From IMG/VR virus record IMGVR_UViG_3300027255_000165: 64,000 nucleotides of DNA, one strand, 5' to 3'. Below are positions 63,266 through 64,000 of the stretch, piece by piece; within the stretch, counting starts at the first letter, position 1, and each line of letters begins with the position of its first letter. The stretch comes from a virus. Its lineage: Duplodnaviria > Caudoviricetes. The notes below the pieces were generated by a model that was not told the DNA's origin, did no database searches, and worked only from the letters and a program-made list of their open reading frames with translations. The position numbers were made by a program, and so were the translations under genes.

Positions 63266-63697
63266 TCACCTGTCTTCGAACACCTCTACAGTCTTTTCGC
63301 GCTTGACCAGGTTTGACCATACACCATTATAGCGAGTTGCTTTAACGATATGATTGTCAATCCAGTGATAATTGCCACCTCGAGGTTTGTTCATCAACAT
63401 ACCGTGGTATTTAAAGCCGTGTTTGTTTAACCACTCTTCAGTGATTTGACGGTGCTCCTCGGTACGAGATGTGAAGAACGTAATGATGTGACCTTCGTCA
63501 AACCATTGATTCAGAATATCGCGTGATTCTGGGTAAGGAAGCACGTATTTCATTCTCTCTGGTTCTTCGTTTGGCACGTCATCGGTAATAGTACCGTCGA
63601 TGTCAATCAAGTAATTCTTGATTCCTTCGGGTAGATGTGGGCTAATTAGATTGCCATCATCTCCAAAAGCGGATTGCAAGTTAAGGTCCTGCTTCAT
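63266..63697 (-). CDS. HAD-family phosphatase (capsule-phosphatase-like)
   Basis: IDIDGTI, FFTSR, KPRGG.Y.WID. Confidence 0.8.
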   Translation of the reverse strand: MKQDLNLQSAFGDDGNLISPHLPEGIKNYLIDIDGTITDDVPNEEPERMKYVLPYPESRDILNQWFDEGHIITFFTSRTEEHRQITEEWLNKHGFKYHGMLMNKPRGGNYHWIDNHIVKATRYNGVWSNLVKREKTVEVFEDR

Positions 63698-64000
63698 TTA
63701 CTTAAAGATTTTCGTGTTGCGAATAAATGATACCGTAATGTAACGGGTACCACTATAAACTGGTCGACCTCCGTGGCGGTGACTAATCATACCTGGGTGT
63801 AGAATTGCGTTACCTACTCGTTTTGGATTAGCGTTCAACTTGTAAGCTGGGAAATAGGTTCCACCGCCTTCAAACTCATCGTTCAATTTTACTGCTATCG
63901 TATAGGATGAATGATCGTGATGTAGTGAGAGATGACCCTGTTTATCTGCACGATAGCGAATTATGAATGTTTCGTCTTCAACTGTGTCCCATCCCTGGCC
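63698..64000 (-). CDS. 2OG-Fe(II) dioxygenase, PLOD (lysyl hydroxylase) C-terminal-like; partial
   Basis: Frame open to the window end: FIIRYRADKQGHLSLHHDHSSYT...EFEGGGTYF...HPG..SHRHGG.PV..GTRYI.VSF. Confidence 0.85.
   Translation of the reverse strand, partial: GQGWDTVEDETFIIRYRADKQGHLSLHHDHSSYTIAVKLNDEFEGGGTYFPAYKLNANPKRVGNAILHPGMISHRHGGRPVYSGTRYITVSFIRNTKIFK

Overview
This is a 64-kb segment of a large tailed-phage (jumbo/huge-phage-like) genome. It is AT-rich, uses code 11, and every credible gene lies on the minus strand. The host is probably an aquatic Bacteroidota: the window carries T9SS-type C-terminal domains, bS21, an Hc1-like protein, SD-less starts and TAnnTTTG-like promoters. 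Blocks from left to right: (1) a partial Ser/Thr-rich collagen-like fibre gene and cell-wall hydrolases; (2) late-promoter genes sharing an N-terminal MKxxKxFEEFxNE motif that resembles the T4 capsid-targeting sequence, including an ADP-ribosyltransferase-like protein, a GNAT, a zeta-like kinase, a HAD protein and a Dps-like fusion; (3) a large glycan/sulfur auxiliary gene set (glmS, ugd, glf, a 1285-aa multi-glycosyltransferase with an Aah/TibC-like domain, a carbamoyltransferase, cysC, cysK, a sulfotransferase, a COLGALT-like GT25 and a PLOD-like hydroxylase); (4) two T9SS-substrate-like proteins; (5) 11 tRNAs, a compact RNase P RNA whose S-domain is replaced by one long hairpin, and several unexplained structured RNAs; (6) a sigma factor plus repair, chaperone and translation genes (denV, mutM, rnhB, phoH, rpsU, dnaJ). 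The top candidate for a new system is a 25-codon leader-peptide transcription attenuator directly upstream of the tRNA array, whose codons match the array's anticodons. All product calls come from manual motif recognition; no database searches were run.
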